DNA of 64,000 nt from an uncultured Chloroflexia bacterium (GCA_963746845.1 CAVVCZ010000004.1:640001-704000); one strand, 5' to 3'; shown: positions 48,448 to 58,686, counted from the stretch's first letter. The notes: a model not told the origin generated them from the sequence alone. Numbers and translations are program-made.

Positions 48448-49826
48448 CGCGCCACGCCCGCGCCGAACCGCGTCTCCACGGCGTTCCGGTGGGCGGTCAG
48501 GCCTTCGACCGTCGCGAGCCGCCCGACCGTCTCGCGGATCGCGGCCAGGCCGGCCTCGTCGATCCGCTGGACCTGGGTGTAGCGCCCGAACGCCTCGACG
48601 GCGAGGGCGTCGGAGGAGCGCGCGAGGCCGCCCGTGGGAAGCACGTGGTTCGCGCCGGTGGCGTAGTCGCCGGCGGACTCCGGCGCCCATGGACCCACGA
48701 AGATCGATCCGGCGTGGCGGATCCGCCCGGCGGCCGCATCCGCGTCGCGGACGTCGATCGAGAGGTGCTCCGGTGCATAGGCGTCGACGAACGCGATCGC
48801 CGCGTCCAGGTCGGCCGCGATGGCGATCCGGCCGTGCGCGGCGAGCGCCGTGGCGAGGATCGCTCGTCGCTCGAGCCGGGGCAGGAGGGCGGCGATCTCG
48901 CGCTCGACCGCGTCGGCGAGGGCCAGGCTCGTCGTCACGAGGATCGCCGGCGAGTCCGGGCCATGCTCGGCCTGGGTGACGAGATCCGCGGCGACGATCG
49001 CCGGATCGGCGGAGTCGTCGGCCAGGACCATCCCCTCGGACGGGCCGGCCGGCAGGTCGATCCCGACGATGCCGGCCACTTCGAGCTTGGCAGCCGTCAC
49101 CCACGGGTTGCCCGGACCGACGATCCGATCCACGGGAGCGAACGCCTCGTCGGCGGTCGCCGGGTCCTCCTCCCAGCCGTGCGCGAGCGCCGCGATGGCC
49201 TGCGCACCACCGGCGGCGAGGATCGCGTCCACCTCCAGCAGGCCGGCGGCTCCCAGCAGCACCGGATGGATCGCGCCGTCCGCGTCCGCCGGCGTCGCGA
49301 CGACGATCTCGCGCACCCCGGCGGTCCGGGCGGGCACGACGGTCATGATCAGCGTCGAGGGGTACGGCGCGGATCCGCCGGGGACGTAGCAGCCGACCCG
49401 GTCGAGCGGGAGCCAGCGACGCTCGATCTCGATCCCCGGAACGACCGTCGTTCGGGTCGTCTCGGGCCGCTGGCTGGCCGCGAAGCGGGCGACGTGGTCG
49501 ATCGCCTGGTCGAGCGCGGCGCGGTCGGCGCGGTCCAGCCGGTCCCGTGCGGCGCGCAGCTCGCCAGGCTCGATGACGAGGCGGTCGTCGGCCAGACCGC
49601 CACCGAACCGGCGATTGGCGCCGCGGACGGCGCCGACGCCGCGACGCCGGACGTCGTCGACGATCGCGCGCGCGCCGTCGCGCACGGATTCATCGGGCAC
49701 GGCACCGCGGCGGCACAGCACGCGCCGCTCGGCGACGTCGGCCGGGGCCGTGGAGGCGAGGTCCATGCGCCGAAGGGCGAGGAACACCGGCGTTGCCGCC
49801 ACCGCAGTCCCGGGTTCGGCGGTCAC
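48444..49826 (-). CDS. hisD: histidinol dehydrogenase
   Basis: GCYVPGG, GGAQAIAALA, GPGN, PAGPSE, QAEH, APEHL, GDYATGANHVLPT. Confidence 0.95.
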   Translation of the reverse strand: MTAEPGTAVAATPVFLALRRMDLASTAPADVAERRVLCRRGAVPDESVRDGARAIVDDVRRRGVGAVRGANRRFGGGLADDRLVIEPGELRAARDRLDRADRAALDQAIDHVARFAASQRPETTRTTVVPGIEIERRWLPLDRVGCYVPGGSAPYPSTLIMTVVPARTAGVREIVVATPADADGAIHPVLLGAAGLLEVDAILAAGGAQAIAALAHGWEEDPATADEAFAPVDRIVGPGNPWVTAAKLEVAGIVGIDLPAGPSEGMVLADDSADPAIVAADLVTQAEHGPDSPAILVTTSLALADAVEREIAALLPRLERRAILATALAAHGRIAIAADLDAAIAFVDAYAPEHLSIDVRDADAAAGRIRHAGSIFVGPWAPESAGDYATGANHVLPTGGLARSSDALAVEAFGRYTQVQRIDEAGLAAIRETVGRLATVEGLTAHRNAVETRFGAGVAR

Positions 49827-50698
49827 GGGACGATCTTCTCGATCGGCAGGACGAGGATCCCGGTCGCGCCGGCCGCCTTGAGGCGCGGCAACAGGCCCCA
49901 GACGTCGTCGGCGCCGACCACGGCGTGGATCGCGATCATCCCGGCGTGCGCCAGCGGGATCACGGACGGCGACTCGAGGCCCGGGAGGAGCGCCTCGAGC
50001 TCGGGGAGATGGCCGGCCGGCGCGTTCATCATCAGGTACTTCCGGTCGCGCGCCGCGATGACGGCGCTCAGCATCGTGTCGATCGCCGCCAGCTCGCTCG
50101 CCCGCTGGACCTGGGCCGTCGGGTTGGCGACGAGGATCGCCTCCGAGGCCAGCACGTCGGCGATTGGCCGGAGGCCGTTCATCACGAGCGTCGAGCCGGT
50201 CGAGACGAGATCGACGATCGCTTCCGCGAGGCCGAGGCGGGGGGCGACCTCGACGGCACCCGAGATGGAGATGACGTCGACGTCGAGACCGGCCCGCTCG
50301 AAGAACCGACGGGTCGTGTTCGGGTGGGCGGTGGCGACGCGAAGGCCCGCCAGGTCCTCGACCGTGCGGTAGGCGCTGTCCGCCGGCACCGCCGCCGCGA
50401 GCCGGCACTGGCCGTAGCCGAGCGATCGGAGACGCGGCAGCTCCGCACCGGTCTCGGCCAGCAGATCCTCGCCGGTGACACCGAGGTCGGCGACACCGTC
50501 CCCGACGAACTCGATCACGTCGTTCGTGCGGACGAACAGGATGTCGAGGTCGAAGTTGCGGACGCGGGCCACGAGGCTGCGCTCGTGCTCCTCGAAGACG
50601 AGCCCCGCGTCGCGGAGCAGCTCGACCGTCGGCTCGACCAGCCGGCCCTTGTTCGGGATCGCCAGCCGGAGACGCTCGCGGCCTTCGAGCGCCGTCAC
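49823..50698 (-). CDS. hisG: ATP phosphoribosyltransferase, long form
   Basis: AIPNKGRL, GAVEVAP, IVDLVSTGSTL, C-terminal regulatory domain. Confidence 0.96.
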   Translation of the reverse strand: MTALEGRERLRLAIPNKGRLVEPTVELLRDAGLVFEEHERSLVARVRNFDLDILFVRTNDVIEFVGDGVADLGVTGEDLLAETGAELPRLRSLGYGQCRLAAAVPADSAYRTVEDLAGLRVATAHPNTTRRFFERAGLDVDVISISGAVEVAPRLGLAEAIVDLVSTGSTLVMNGLRPIADVLASEAILVANPTAQVQRASELAAIDTMLSAVIAARDRKYLMMNAPAGHLPELEALLPGLESPSVIPLAHAGMIAIHAVVGADDVWGLLPRLKAAGATGILVLPIEKIVP

Positions 50699-51021
50699 CG
50701 CTCCGGTCCGGCGGGGTAGGGGATCCCGGTCTCGCGCGCTGCGGCGAGCCGGGCGAGGGCCTCGCGGTAGCCACCCTCACCGTGATTCAGCCACGTCGCG
50801 ATCCGGGTGATCGTCGCGGTGCTGGCGCCCGTCTCGCGCGAGATCGCCGCGTAGTGCTCGCCCTGGTCCAGACGGCGCACGACTGCCCAGCGCTGGGCCA
50901 GGTCACGCAGCTCGCCGAGCGTGCAGAGGTCGCGCAGGAAGCGGGCGGCCTCGTCCGGCGTGTCGAGGCGGAGGACCGCATCGATCAGCTCGTCGACATC
51001 CCGTGTGCGCCAGTCTTCCAT
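50695..51021 (-). CDS. TrpR-related YerC/YecD protein, probable His repressor (HisR)
   Basis: FLRDLCT..EL..LAQRW...TGASTATITR; first gene of the his operon. Confidence 0.88.
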   Translation of the reverse strand: MEDWRTRDVDELIDAVLRLDTPDEAARFLRDLCTLGELRDLAQRWAVVRRLDQGEHYAAISRETGASTATITRIATWLNHGEGGYREALARLAAARETGIPYPAGPER

Positions 51022-51049
51022 GGTCCCGCTCGATCTCCCCGCCTGCTCT

Positions 51050-51085
51050 TGTATTAGCGTGCTACCATGCTAGCGTGCTAGCACA
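51050..51085. promoter_or_regulatory. candidate operator for the TrpR-like regulator, overlapping divergent promoters
   Basis: Four tandem 8-mers TATTAGCG-TGCTACCA-TGCTAGCG-TGCTAGCA forming an imperfect 36-bp palindrome; overlaps -10 boxes TACCAT (+) and TAGCAT (-). Confidence 0.65.
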
Positions 51086-51902
51086 TCAACGGTCAACCTT
51101 CGACGTGATCCCGGCGATCGACCTGCGCGGAGGCCGGGTCGTCCGTCTGCAGCAGGGCTCCTTCGATCGGGAGCGGGTCTACGGCGACGACCCGGCCGCG
51201 GTCGCTCGGGCGTTCCGAGGGGCCGGCGCGGCGTGGATCCACGTCGTCGATCTCGACGGGGCGCGAACGGGCCGTCGCGCCAACTCCGCGCAGGTCGTCG
51301 CGATCATCCAGGCCGCGACGGCGGCGGGAGAGGGATCCGCGGCGAACGTCGAGGTGGCCGGCGGTCTCCGCGACGCTGCCGCGGTTCGCACGGCGCTCGC
51401 CGCGGGAGCCTCACGGGTCGTGCTCGGAACGGCGATCCTCCAGGATCCCGGCCTGGCACACGTCCTCGTCGAGGAGCACGGACCCGACCGGATCGCCGTC
51501 GCCCTGGACGTCCGCGACGGGCAGGCCGTCGGCGATGGCTGGGTGCCGGGCGCGCCCGGCACCCCTGCCCTGGAGGCGCTCGAGGCCCTGATGGCGGCCG
51601 GGATCGTCACCTTCGTCGTCACCGCGATCGCCCGGGACGGTCTGCTCGGCGGCCCGGATCTCGCCCTGATGGACCACGTGCTCCACGCCTCGGAGGCGGC
51701 GATCATCGCGTCGGGAGGGATCGCCTCGATCGACGATCTGGTCGCCGTGCGGGACATCGGCTGCCGCGGCGCGATCGTCGGGCGGGCGATCCACGACGGC
51801 CGGATGGATCTCGGGGCCGCGATCGACGCCCTCGCGGCGACGACGGCGACGACCCCCGCTACTCCGACTGCTCGACCGCCTGACCCTTCCAGGTCCCGCT
51901 GA
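51075..51902 (+). CDS. hisA: ProFAR isomerase (HisA/PriA family)
   Basis: IPAIDLRGGRVVRL, IHVVDLDGA, GGLR, TAIARDG, IASGG; start uncertain (GTG 51075 leaderless or GTG 51105). Confidence 0.93.
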   Translation: MLAHQRSTFDVIPAIDLRGGRVVRLQQGSFDRERVYGDDPAAVARAFRGAGAAWIHVVDLDGARTGRRANSAQVVAIIQAATAAGEGSAANVEVAGGLRDAAAVRTALAAGASRVVLGTAILQDPGLAHVLVEEHGPDRIAVALDVRDGQAVGDGWVPGAPGTPALEALEALMAAGIVTFVVTAIARDGLLGGPDLALMDHVLHASEAAIIASGGIASIDDLVAVRDIGCRGAIVGRAIHDGRMDLGAAIDALAATTATTPATPTARPPDPSRSR

Positions 51903-54288
51903 CGCTCGTCGACGATCGGACGGCGTCGTAGGTCAGCTCGCCGTCGGGGAACGTCACCGACCAGTGGACCCCGCCGGTCTTCAGGTCGTACACCCCGTGC
52001 CCCGTCAGCGGCAGGTCGGACACGAACTGGCACGCGTTGAACGTCAGGTTGTCCTTCGTCGCGAGGTCGGTCAGCGCGAACCAGCCGCCGTTCCGGCAGC
52101 CCACCCGCACCTCGTCCTGGCCGTTCCACAGCGTGACCTCGGGGTCCGCGAAGATCTCCGTCTCGGTGGCCCGCATCGCCTCGAGCGCGGACGCATACCC
52201 GGCACGGGTCGACGGTGTGAGCTCCAGGTAGCCGGCGACCACATCACCGCCGCACGAGATCGTGCGCGTCGCCGGGCGGCGACCCTCGAGGAGGAACCCG
52301 AGCACCGGTCCGTCGACGCACGGGTCCGCGCGACCGAAGGTCACGTGCGGCCCGCCGGTCGAGGTGATCAGGTAGCCATCCGTCAGGCGGTCCGCGATCC
52401 CCCGAGCCCCCTCGATCGGCGTGATCGGATCGTCCGTCGCGCCCAGGACGAAGACCGGGTAGGGCGTCGACGTGATCGGGGCGGGGCGGTCGCCGGTCGG
52501 CGGCTGGTACGGCCATGACAGGCACGGGTACTGGCTCTCGTACACCTCGGCGTTGCGCAGCCTCGTCACCCCGTTCTGCTGGGCGTACTCCTCGACCGCC
52601 TGCAGGTCGTGCGCGTCGGCGGTCGGCGAGATCCGGTAGTCCGCGCAGGTGATCGCGTAGTAGGCGAAGTCGGAGACGCCCGGGCCCTCACCCGAGCCGA
52701 GGATCGCCGTGAGGCGGGCGAGCGGGACGTTGTCCCCGTGCTCTGCGGCCGCGACGGCGCGCAGGACCAGCGAACGCCCGGCCGGCTCGTAGAGCAGCTG
52801 GCCGACGGCCGCCTCGATCGCTGCCGCGTCGACGTCGTGCGACCGGACAGTCCCATCGGGATCCGCGTACGAGACCTCCTTCGACGATCGGAAGATCTCG
52901 AGCGCGCGGTCGTACTCCTCGGCCGGGTCCGGCAGGTCCGCGCGGCAGGCCGGCTCCTGCCCGCAGGCGGTGAAGGTGTCGTCGAGCGTCCGGTCGAACC
53001 CTCGGGCGGCATCCGCCCAGAACCGGTTCGCCGAACGGGTCCGGTCGACGGCCCCGTCGAGGATCAGCGCGGACAGCCGATCCGGATGACGGGCGGCGTA
53101 CTCCTGGGCGAGCTCCGTCCCGTAGCTCTCGCCGTACAGCGCGAACCGCTCCAGCCCGAGGTGGTCCCGGATCGATTCGAGGTCCTCGGCCGCCTGGCGG
53201 GTCGAGTAGCGGGCGAGCTGGTCCGTCGCGACACCGGCCTCCGCGAGACAGTCCCGGACGAACTCGTCGGCGACCGCGGCCGCATCCGGATGCGTCGCGA
53301 AGTCGTAGCCGGCCCGCGGGCAGTCCCTGCCCTCTGACGCACCGACGCCACGCTGATCCCAGAACAGGAGGTCGTAGCCCGCGACGAGCTTCGGGTCGAA
53401 CTCGTCCAGCCGGGTCAGGGCCTCGCCCACGCCGCTGCCGCCGGGCCCGCCCACCGCAACCGCGAGCGTGCCCTTCGGCGTCCCGACGGCGTGGTGGACG
53501 GCATAGACCACCCAGATCGTCGCGGTCGAGCTGCCATCGTGATCCGCGGGGACGAGGAGGCCGTCGCAGGCAAGCGTGGCCTCCGGGCACGGGACGAACC
53601 ACGGGTCCGGCCGGCCCGACACGAGGAACAGCCCGGCCCCGAGCATCAGCAGGGGCGGCAGCAGCCGGACGACGGTCCGGCCGGGGGCGTCGACCAGCGG
53701 GATGAACACCCCGAGCGCGCGCGCCGCCGCGGCCTGGCGCCACCGTGCGCCGTCGATCGTCGCGCCGACCAGGATGAACGCGACGAGCCACAGACCGCCA
53801 TCGATCCCGAGGACGAGGCGCCACCAGCGCGACGCCCCGGCGTCCGTGGCCCCCGCGAGACCGACGGCGCCGGCGATCCCGACGAGGGATGCGATCGCGA
53901 CGACGACCAGCGTCGCGAGGGCGCCGCGGCGCCCGTCGGCGACCCGGACGTCCGCCCAGCCCACGCGCTCGGCCGGGACGCCGGCCGCATGCCACGGCAG
54001 CGCGAGTCGCGCGAGAAGGCTTCGCGCAGGAGGGCCGTCGACCACGCCGCGCCGTTGCAGCTCCCCGACGACCGGGATCGTGCCGCGGAGCCAGCGGGCG
54101 CCGAGGACGACACAGGCAGCCACGACGAGGATCAGCGCCACACGGAGGACGTCGAAGCCACCGCCCGTCGATTGGACCTCCTCGGTGGTCACGAGACGGC
54201 GGTCGATGCTGACGAGCAGCACGGACTGACGGATCGCGACGAGCCCGAGCACGAGGCTGGCGAACGCGGCAGCCCAGGTCAGGGTCAC
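51859..54288 (-). CDS. membrane-anchored alpha/beta hydrolase (TAP-like peptidase); true start may be an ATC at 54447
   Basis: N-terminal TM helices; GGPGGSG, DQRGVG, GESYG, LILDG, DDPITP, GGPH. Confidence 0.82.
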   Translation of the reverse strand: MTLTWAAAFASLVLGLVAIRQSVLLVSIDRRLVTTEEVQSTGGGFDVLRVALILVVAACVVLGARWLRGTIPVVGELQRRGVVDGPPARSLLARLALPWHAAGVPAERVGWADVRVADGRRGALATLVVVAIASLVGIAGAVGLAGATDAGASRWWRLVLGIDGGLWLVAFILVGATIDGARWRQAAAARALGVFIPLVDAPGRTVVRLLPPLLMLGAGLFLVSGRPDPWFVPCPEATLACDGLLVPADHDGSSTATIWVVYAVHHAVGTPKGTLAVAVGGPGGSGVGEALTRLDEFDPKLVAGYDLLFWDQRGVGASEGRDCPRAGYDFATHPDAAAVADEFVRDCLAEAGVATDQLARYSTRQAAEDLESIRDHLGLERFALYGESYGTELAQEYAARHPDRLSALILDGAVDRTRSANRFWADAARGFDRTLDDTFTACGQEPACRADLPDPAEEYDRALEIFRSSKEVSYADPDGTVRSHDVDAAAIEAAVGQLLYEPAGRSLVLRAVAAAEHGDNVPLARLTAILGSGEGPGVSDFAYYAITCADYRISPTADAHDLQAVEEYAQQNGVTRLRNAEVYESQYPCLSWPYQPPTGDRPAPITSTPYPVFVLGATDDPITPIEGARGIADRLTDGYLITSTGGPHVTFGRADPCVDGPVLGFLLEGRRPATRTISCGGDVVAGYLELTPSTRAGYASALEAMRATETEIFADPEVTLWNGQDEVRVGCRNGGWFALTDLATKDNLTFNACQFVSDLPLTGHGVYDLKTGGVHWSVTFPDGELTYDAVRSSTSVSGTWKGQAVEQSE

Positions 54289-54439
54289 GACGACGCGGCC
54301 CCGGCCGAGGTCGCGCCGGATCCGCGTTTCCAGCTCGGGGTCGACGGCGACGAACGGCTCGCCGGCGGGCGGCTGGACGGGGGCGAGCGGTTCGGTGGGT
54401 TCGGTGGGTTCGTCCCGCCCCGCGGGCGCGACCGTCGGG

Positions 54440-56527
54440 TCAGTGATGGGCGCCTGCCGCTTCGGTTTCCTTCCGATGGCTCTCGATCACCTTCTCGGCG
54501 AGGTGCTGCGGCACCTCCTCGTAGTGATCGAGGGTCGCCGTGAAGGTCCCCCGGCCCCGGGTCATCGAGCGGAGCTCGGTCGCGTACGAGAACAGCTCGG
54601 CCTGGGGAACATGCGCCTGGACGATCTGGATCCCGTCCGACGAGTCCATCCCGAGCACCCGCCCGCGACGGGTGTTGAGGTCGCGGTTCACGTCGCCCAT
54701 GTACTCCTCGGGGACGTGCACCTCGATCGCCATGATCGGCTCGAGCAGCGCCGGCCTGCAGTCCTGGACGCCCTTCTTCAGGGCCATCGACGCGGCGATC
54801 TTGAACGACAGCTCGTTGGAGTCGACCGTGTGGAACGAGCCGTCGTACAGGGTCGCCCGGAAGTCCGAGAGCGGGTAGCCGGCGATGACGCCCTCCGCGG
54901 CGGTCTCGCGGATGCCCTTCTCGATGCCCGGGAAGAAGCCCTTCGGGACGGACCCCCCGACGACCTTCTCGGCGAACTCGACGCCGCCGCCCGGGTTGGG
55001 CTCGATCTCCAGCCAGACGTGACCGAACATCCCGTGTCCGCCGGTCTGCTTCTTGTACTTGCCCTCGACCTTGGTCGTGCCCCGGATCGTCTCGCGATAG
55101 GGGACCTTCGGCTGGCGCGTGAGGATCGCGGCGCCGAACTTGCGCTTCAGCCGCTCCCCGATGACCGCGATGTGGGCATCGCCCATCGCGACGAGGAGCT
55201 GCTCGCCGGTCGTCGACCGTTCGACGCGCGCCGTCGGCTCCTCCTCGAGCATCCGCTGGAGGGCCGCGCCCATCTTGTCGAGGTCGGCCTTCGTCTGGGG
55301 CTCGATCGCCACGAACAGCGACGGCTCGGGGAAGTCGATCGGGGGCAGGATCACCGGCTTCTCGCGGCTGGACAGCGTGTCGCCGGTCTCGGTGGCGGCG
55401 AGCTTGGCGACCGCCCCGATCTCGCCGGCCTGGAGCTCGCCGATCGGCTCCTGGTCCTTGCCGTGCAGGAGCAGCAGCTGGCCGATCCGCTCGTCCTCGT
55501 CACGTCCGGCGTTCCAGGCGTGGCCCTGGCTGCGGAGCGTGCCGCTGAGGATCCGGAGATACGTCAGCCGGCCGACGAACGGGTCCGCGGCCGTCTTGAT
55601 GGCCCGCGCGACGAGCGGGCCGTTCGGGTCCGGCGTGATCGTGACCGGGTTGCCCTTCGGGTCCTTCGCCTCGACGGCGGGCTCCTCGGCCGCGGTCGGG
55701 AGGTAGCGGATGAACGCGTCGAGCAGGGCGTTCATCCCGATGCCCTTCGTCGCGCTGCCGACGAGGACCGGCGCCAGGATCGAGTCGCGGACGCCCCGAT
55801 GGAGACACGTGTCCAGCTCGGCGTCGCTGATCTCCTCGCCGTCGAGGTACTTGGCCATGACATCGTCGTCGGCCTCGGCGGCCGCCTCGAGGAGCTGGTC
55901 GCGGCGAGTCGCGATCTCGTCGGCCATGTCGGCCGGGACCGGGACCTCGACCTCCTTGCCGCCCTCCAGCGCGTACGCCTTGCGGTGGACGAGGTCCACG
56001 TAGCCGTTGAAGTGCTCGCCCTTGCCGATGGCCAGATGGAGCGGCGCGATCTTGTTCCCGAACCGGGCCCGGAGCGCGTCGAGCGCCGCGATCGGGTCGG
56101 CGTTCTCGCGGTCGCAGCGGTTCAGGAAGAAGCACGCGGCACGACCGGTGGACCGGCCGAGCGCGACGGCGTTCTCCAGCCCGGCCTCGACCCCGGCCGA
56201 GGCATCCATGACGAACAGCGCGCCATCCGATGCCGCGAACCCGGAGATCACCTCGGCCACGAAGTCCGGGTAGCCGGGCGTGTCGATGAGTGTGATCCGG
56301 GTCGCCTCGTGCTCGAAGGTCGCGACCGCGAGGCTCAGCGACTCCTTGCGCTTCTGCTCCTCGGGCTCATGGTCGAGGTGGGCCGTGCCGTCATCGACAC
56401 GACCGAGGCGCTGGACGGCGCCGGCACGAAAGAGGAGCTGCTCTGCGAGCGTCGTCTTGCCGCCGCCGGCGTGACCGGCCAGAACGACGCTCCGGAGGTG
56501 GGCGGGGTCGACGCTCTTCATCGTCAT
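54440..56527 (-). CDS. fusA: elongation factor G paralogue (EF-G2 type)
   Basis: GHAGGGKTT, DTPG, PYRETI, KKQTGGHG, LLEP; divergent G2 (RKESL) and G4 (NRCD); not in an str operon. Confidence 0.9.
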   Translation of the reverse strand: MTMKSVDPAHLRSVVLAGHAGGGKTTLAEQLLFRAGAVQRLGRVDDGTAHLDHEPEEQKRKESLSLAVATFEHEATRITLIDTPGYPDFVAEVISGFAASDGALFVMDASAGVEAGLENAVALGRSTGRAACFFLNRCDRENADPIAALDALRARFGNKIAPLHLAIGKGEHFNGYVDLVHRKAYALEGGKEVEVPVPADMADEIATRRDQLLEAAAEADDDVMAKYLDGEEISDAELDTCLHRGVRDSILAPVLVGSATKGIGMNALLDAFIRYLPTAAEEPAVEAKDPKGNPVTITPDPNGPLVARAIKTAADPFVGRLTYLRILSGTLRSQGHAWNAGRDEDERIGQLLLLHGKDQEPIGELQAGEIGAVAKLAATETGDTLSSREKPVILPPIDFPEPSLFVAIEPQTKADLDKMGAALQRMLEEEPTARVERSTTGEQLLVAMGDAHIAVIGERLKRKFGAAILTRQPKVPYRETIRGTTKVEGKYKKQTGGHGMFGHVWLEIEPNPGGGVEFAEKVVGGSVPKGFFPGIEKGIRETAAEGVIAGYPLSDFRATLYDGSFHTVDSNELSFKIAASMALKKGVQDCRPALLEPIMAIEVHVPEEYMGDVNRDLNTRRGRVLGMDSSDGIQIVQAHVPQAELFSYATELRSMTRGRGTFTATLDHYEEVPQHLAEKVIESHRKETEAAGAHH

Positions 56528-56666
56528 CGGCGGAGTGGACCTCACGGCTTCGTGAACGACGGGGCGGTGGGCTCGGACCGGGGCCGTCGAGGCCGCTGGG
56601 CGCAGGCCTCCGGACCCCTCCGAGCGAGGGTCCGGCCATGATACGTCGGCTATACTCCGGCCCGCG

Positions 56667-57422
56667 ATGTCCGGTCATTCCAAGTGGTCCACGATCAAGC
56701 GCCAGAAGGGCGCAAACGACGCCAAACGGGGCGCGCTCTTCACGAAGGTCGCCCGCGAGATCAGCGTCGCCGCCCGCCAGGGCGGAGGGGACCCCGACGC
56801 GAACTACCGGCTCCGCCTCGCCATCGAGAAGGCCCGCTCGGTCAACATGCCGGCCGACAACATCAAGCGGACGATCGAGAAGGCGACCGGCGGCGGGGAC
56901 GCGGAGCAGTTCGAGGAGATCGTCTACGAGGGCTACGGCCCGGGCGGGGTGGCGGTCCTCGTCGAGGCGGCGACGGACAACCGCAACCGCACGGCGGCCG
57001 AGGTCCGCTCGATCTTCACGAAGACCGGCGGCCAGCTCGCGGGGTCGGGCGCCGTCGCCTGGCAGTTCGAGCCGCGCGGCCTGATCACGATCCAGCGGGA
57101 CGCCGCGGTCGACGCCGACGAGGTCGCACTGACCGCGATCGACGCGGGCGCCGAGGACGTCGACACGGACGCGGACGAGGCGATCGAGATCTACACCGAG
57201 CCGGGCTCGCTCGAGAGCGTCCGCAAGGCGCTGGAGGGGGCCGGCGTCCCGGTCGAGTCCGCCGAGAGCGCGATGATCGCCAAACAGACCGTCGAGCTGG
57301 ACTCCGCCAAGGCGCGCCAGGCGCTCCGCCTCGTCGAGCTCCTCGAGGACCTCGAGGACGTCCAGCGCGTGACCGCCAACTTCGACATCCCGGAGGATGT
57401 CTTCGCCGAGGTCGCCGGGTGA
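56667..57422 (+). CDS. yebC: YebC/PmpR family protein
   Basis: MSGHSKWSTIK, YEGYGPGG, TDNRNRT. Confidence 0.96.
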   Translation: MSGHSKWSTIKRQKGANDAKRGALFTKVAREISVAARQGGGDPDANYRLRLAIEKARSVNMPADNIKRTIEKATGGGDAEQFEEIVYEGYGPGGVAVLVEAATDNRNRTAAEVRSIFTKTGGQLAGSGAVAWQFEPRGLITIQRDAAVDADEVALTAIDAGAEDVDTDADEAIEIYTEPGSLESVRKALEGAGVPVESAESAMIAKQTVELDSAKARQALRLVELLEDLEDVQRVTANFDIPEDVFAEVAG

Positions 57423-57462
57423 GATCGGCCGCCCCGTTCGCCGGGCGGGGGGCCACTGTCGG

Positions 57463-58083
57463 ATGATCGTCCTCGGCATCGATCCGGGGACCGCCGCGCT
57501 CGGTTGGGGGGTCGTCGAGATGACCGCGGGCCGGCTCCGCGAGGTCGACCACGGCTGCGTCGTCACGACGCCGGATGTGCCGCTCGGCGAGCGGCTCCTC
57601 GCGATCCACGAGGCCCTCCGCGAGCTGATCGACCTGCACGAGCCCGCGGTCGTCGCCGTCGAGCGGCTGTACTTCTCGCGCAACGCCCAGACTGCGATGG
57701 CGGTCGGCCACGCCCGGGGCGTCGTGCTGCTCGCGGCCGCGGAGGCCGGACGGCCCGTCCGCGAGGCGACCCCGAGCGAGGTCAAGAGCGCGGTTGCCGG
57801 CTACGGGGCGGCGGACAAGGAGCAGGTCTCGCGGATGGTCCAGCTGGTCCTGGGCATGTCGGCGCGGCCGACGCCCGATGACGCCGCCGACGCGCTCGCG
57901 ATCGCGGTGTGCATCGCGAACGGTGTCGGCCAGGTGGGTCGGTCGTCGCGTCCGGGTGGGGCGGCGGTCATGGATCGCGGGGCCGCGGCGGCCATCGATC
58001 GCGGGGCGTCGCCGTACGAGCGGGCGGTCCGCGAGGCCATCGCCCGCGAGAAGCGCGCCGCGCGCGAGGCCCCGACCGGGTGA
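57463..58083 (+). CDS. ruvC: crossover junction endodeoxyribonuclease
   Basis: VLGIDPG, AVE, GYGAADKEQV, PDDAADALA. Confidence 0.95.
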   Translation: MIVLGIDPGTAALGWGVVEMTAGRLREVDHGCVVTTPDVPLGERLLAIHEALRELIDLHEPAVVAVERLYFSRNAQTAMAVGHARGVVLLAAAEAGRPVREATPSEVKSAVAGYGAADKEQVSRMVQLVLGMSARPTPDDAADALAIAVCIANGVGQVGRSSRPGGAAVMDRGAAAAIDRGASPYERAVREAIAREKRAAREAPTG

Positions 58084-58676
58084 TCGCGTCCGTCGAGGGC
58101 CGCGTCGGGGCGGTCGCGTTCGACTCGCTCGTGATCGAGGTCGGCGGCATCGGCTATCGCGTGTTCGCCGCGCCGGCGATCCTCTCGACCGCCCAGCCCG
58201 GCTCGACGATCAAGCTCCACACCTACCACCTCGTCCGGGAGGACCAGCAGGCGCTGTTCGGGTTCCGGACGCCGGAGGACCTCGGGTTCTTCACCCAGCT
58301 GCTGACGGTCACGGGCGTCGGTCCGAAGGTCGCGCTGGCGATCGTGGGCTCGCGCCCGACCGCGGACCTCCAGCTCGCGATCATGACCCAGGACCAGGCC
58401 GTGCTCGTGTCGATCCCGGGGATCGGCAAGAAGTTGGCCGACCGGATCATCTTCGAGCTGAAGGAGAAGGTCACCGCGGCCGGCGTCGCGGCGGCCGTGC
58501 CGGGCGCGGTGGGCGTGGGGGCCGCGGAGAGCGAGGTCGTCGCGGCGCTGCAGGCGCTCGGCTACTCGTTGGCGGAGGCCCGCGAGGCGTCGCGGATCGC
58601 GCTGGCCGACCCGACGATCGGCGGGACGCTCGAGGACCGCGTCAAGGCGGCGCTCCGGAGCCTGCTCCGCGACTGA
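58080..58676 (+). CDS. ruvA: Holliday junction branch migration protein
   Basis: GGIGY, VRED, VTGVGPK, IPGIGKK, ALQALGY. Confidence 0.95.
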   Translation: MIASVEGRVGAVAFDSLVIEVGGIGYRVFAAPAILSTAQPGSTIKLHTYHLVREDQQALFGFRTPEDLGFFTQLLTVTGVGPKVALAIVGSRPTADLQLAIMTQDQAVLVSIPGIGKKLADRIIFELKEKVTAAGVAAAVPGAVGVGAAESEVVAALQALGYSLAEAREASRIALADPTIGGTLEDRVKAALRSLLRD

Positions 58677-58686
58677 GCCGCGAGCC

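Noticed and set aside
51859-51902. 44-nt convergent overlap of hisA and the hydrolase gene
   Set aside because: Low-complexity stop-codon drift, common in GC-rich genomes.
54440-56527. Degenerate GTPase motifs as a novel translation factor
   Set aside because: They match the known EF-G2 paralogue class.
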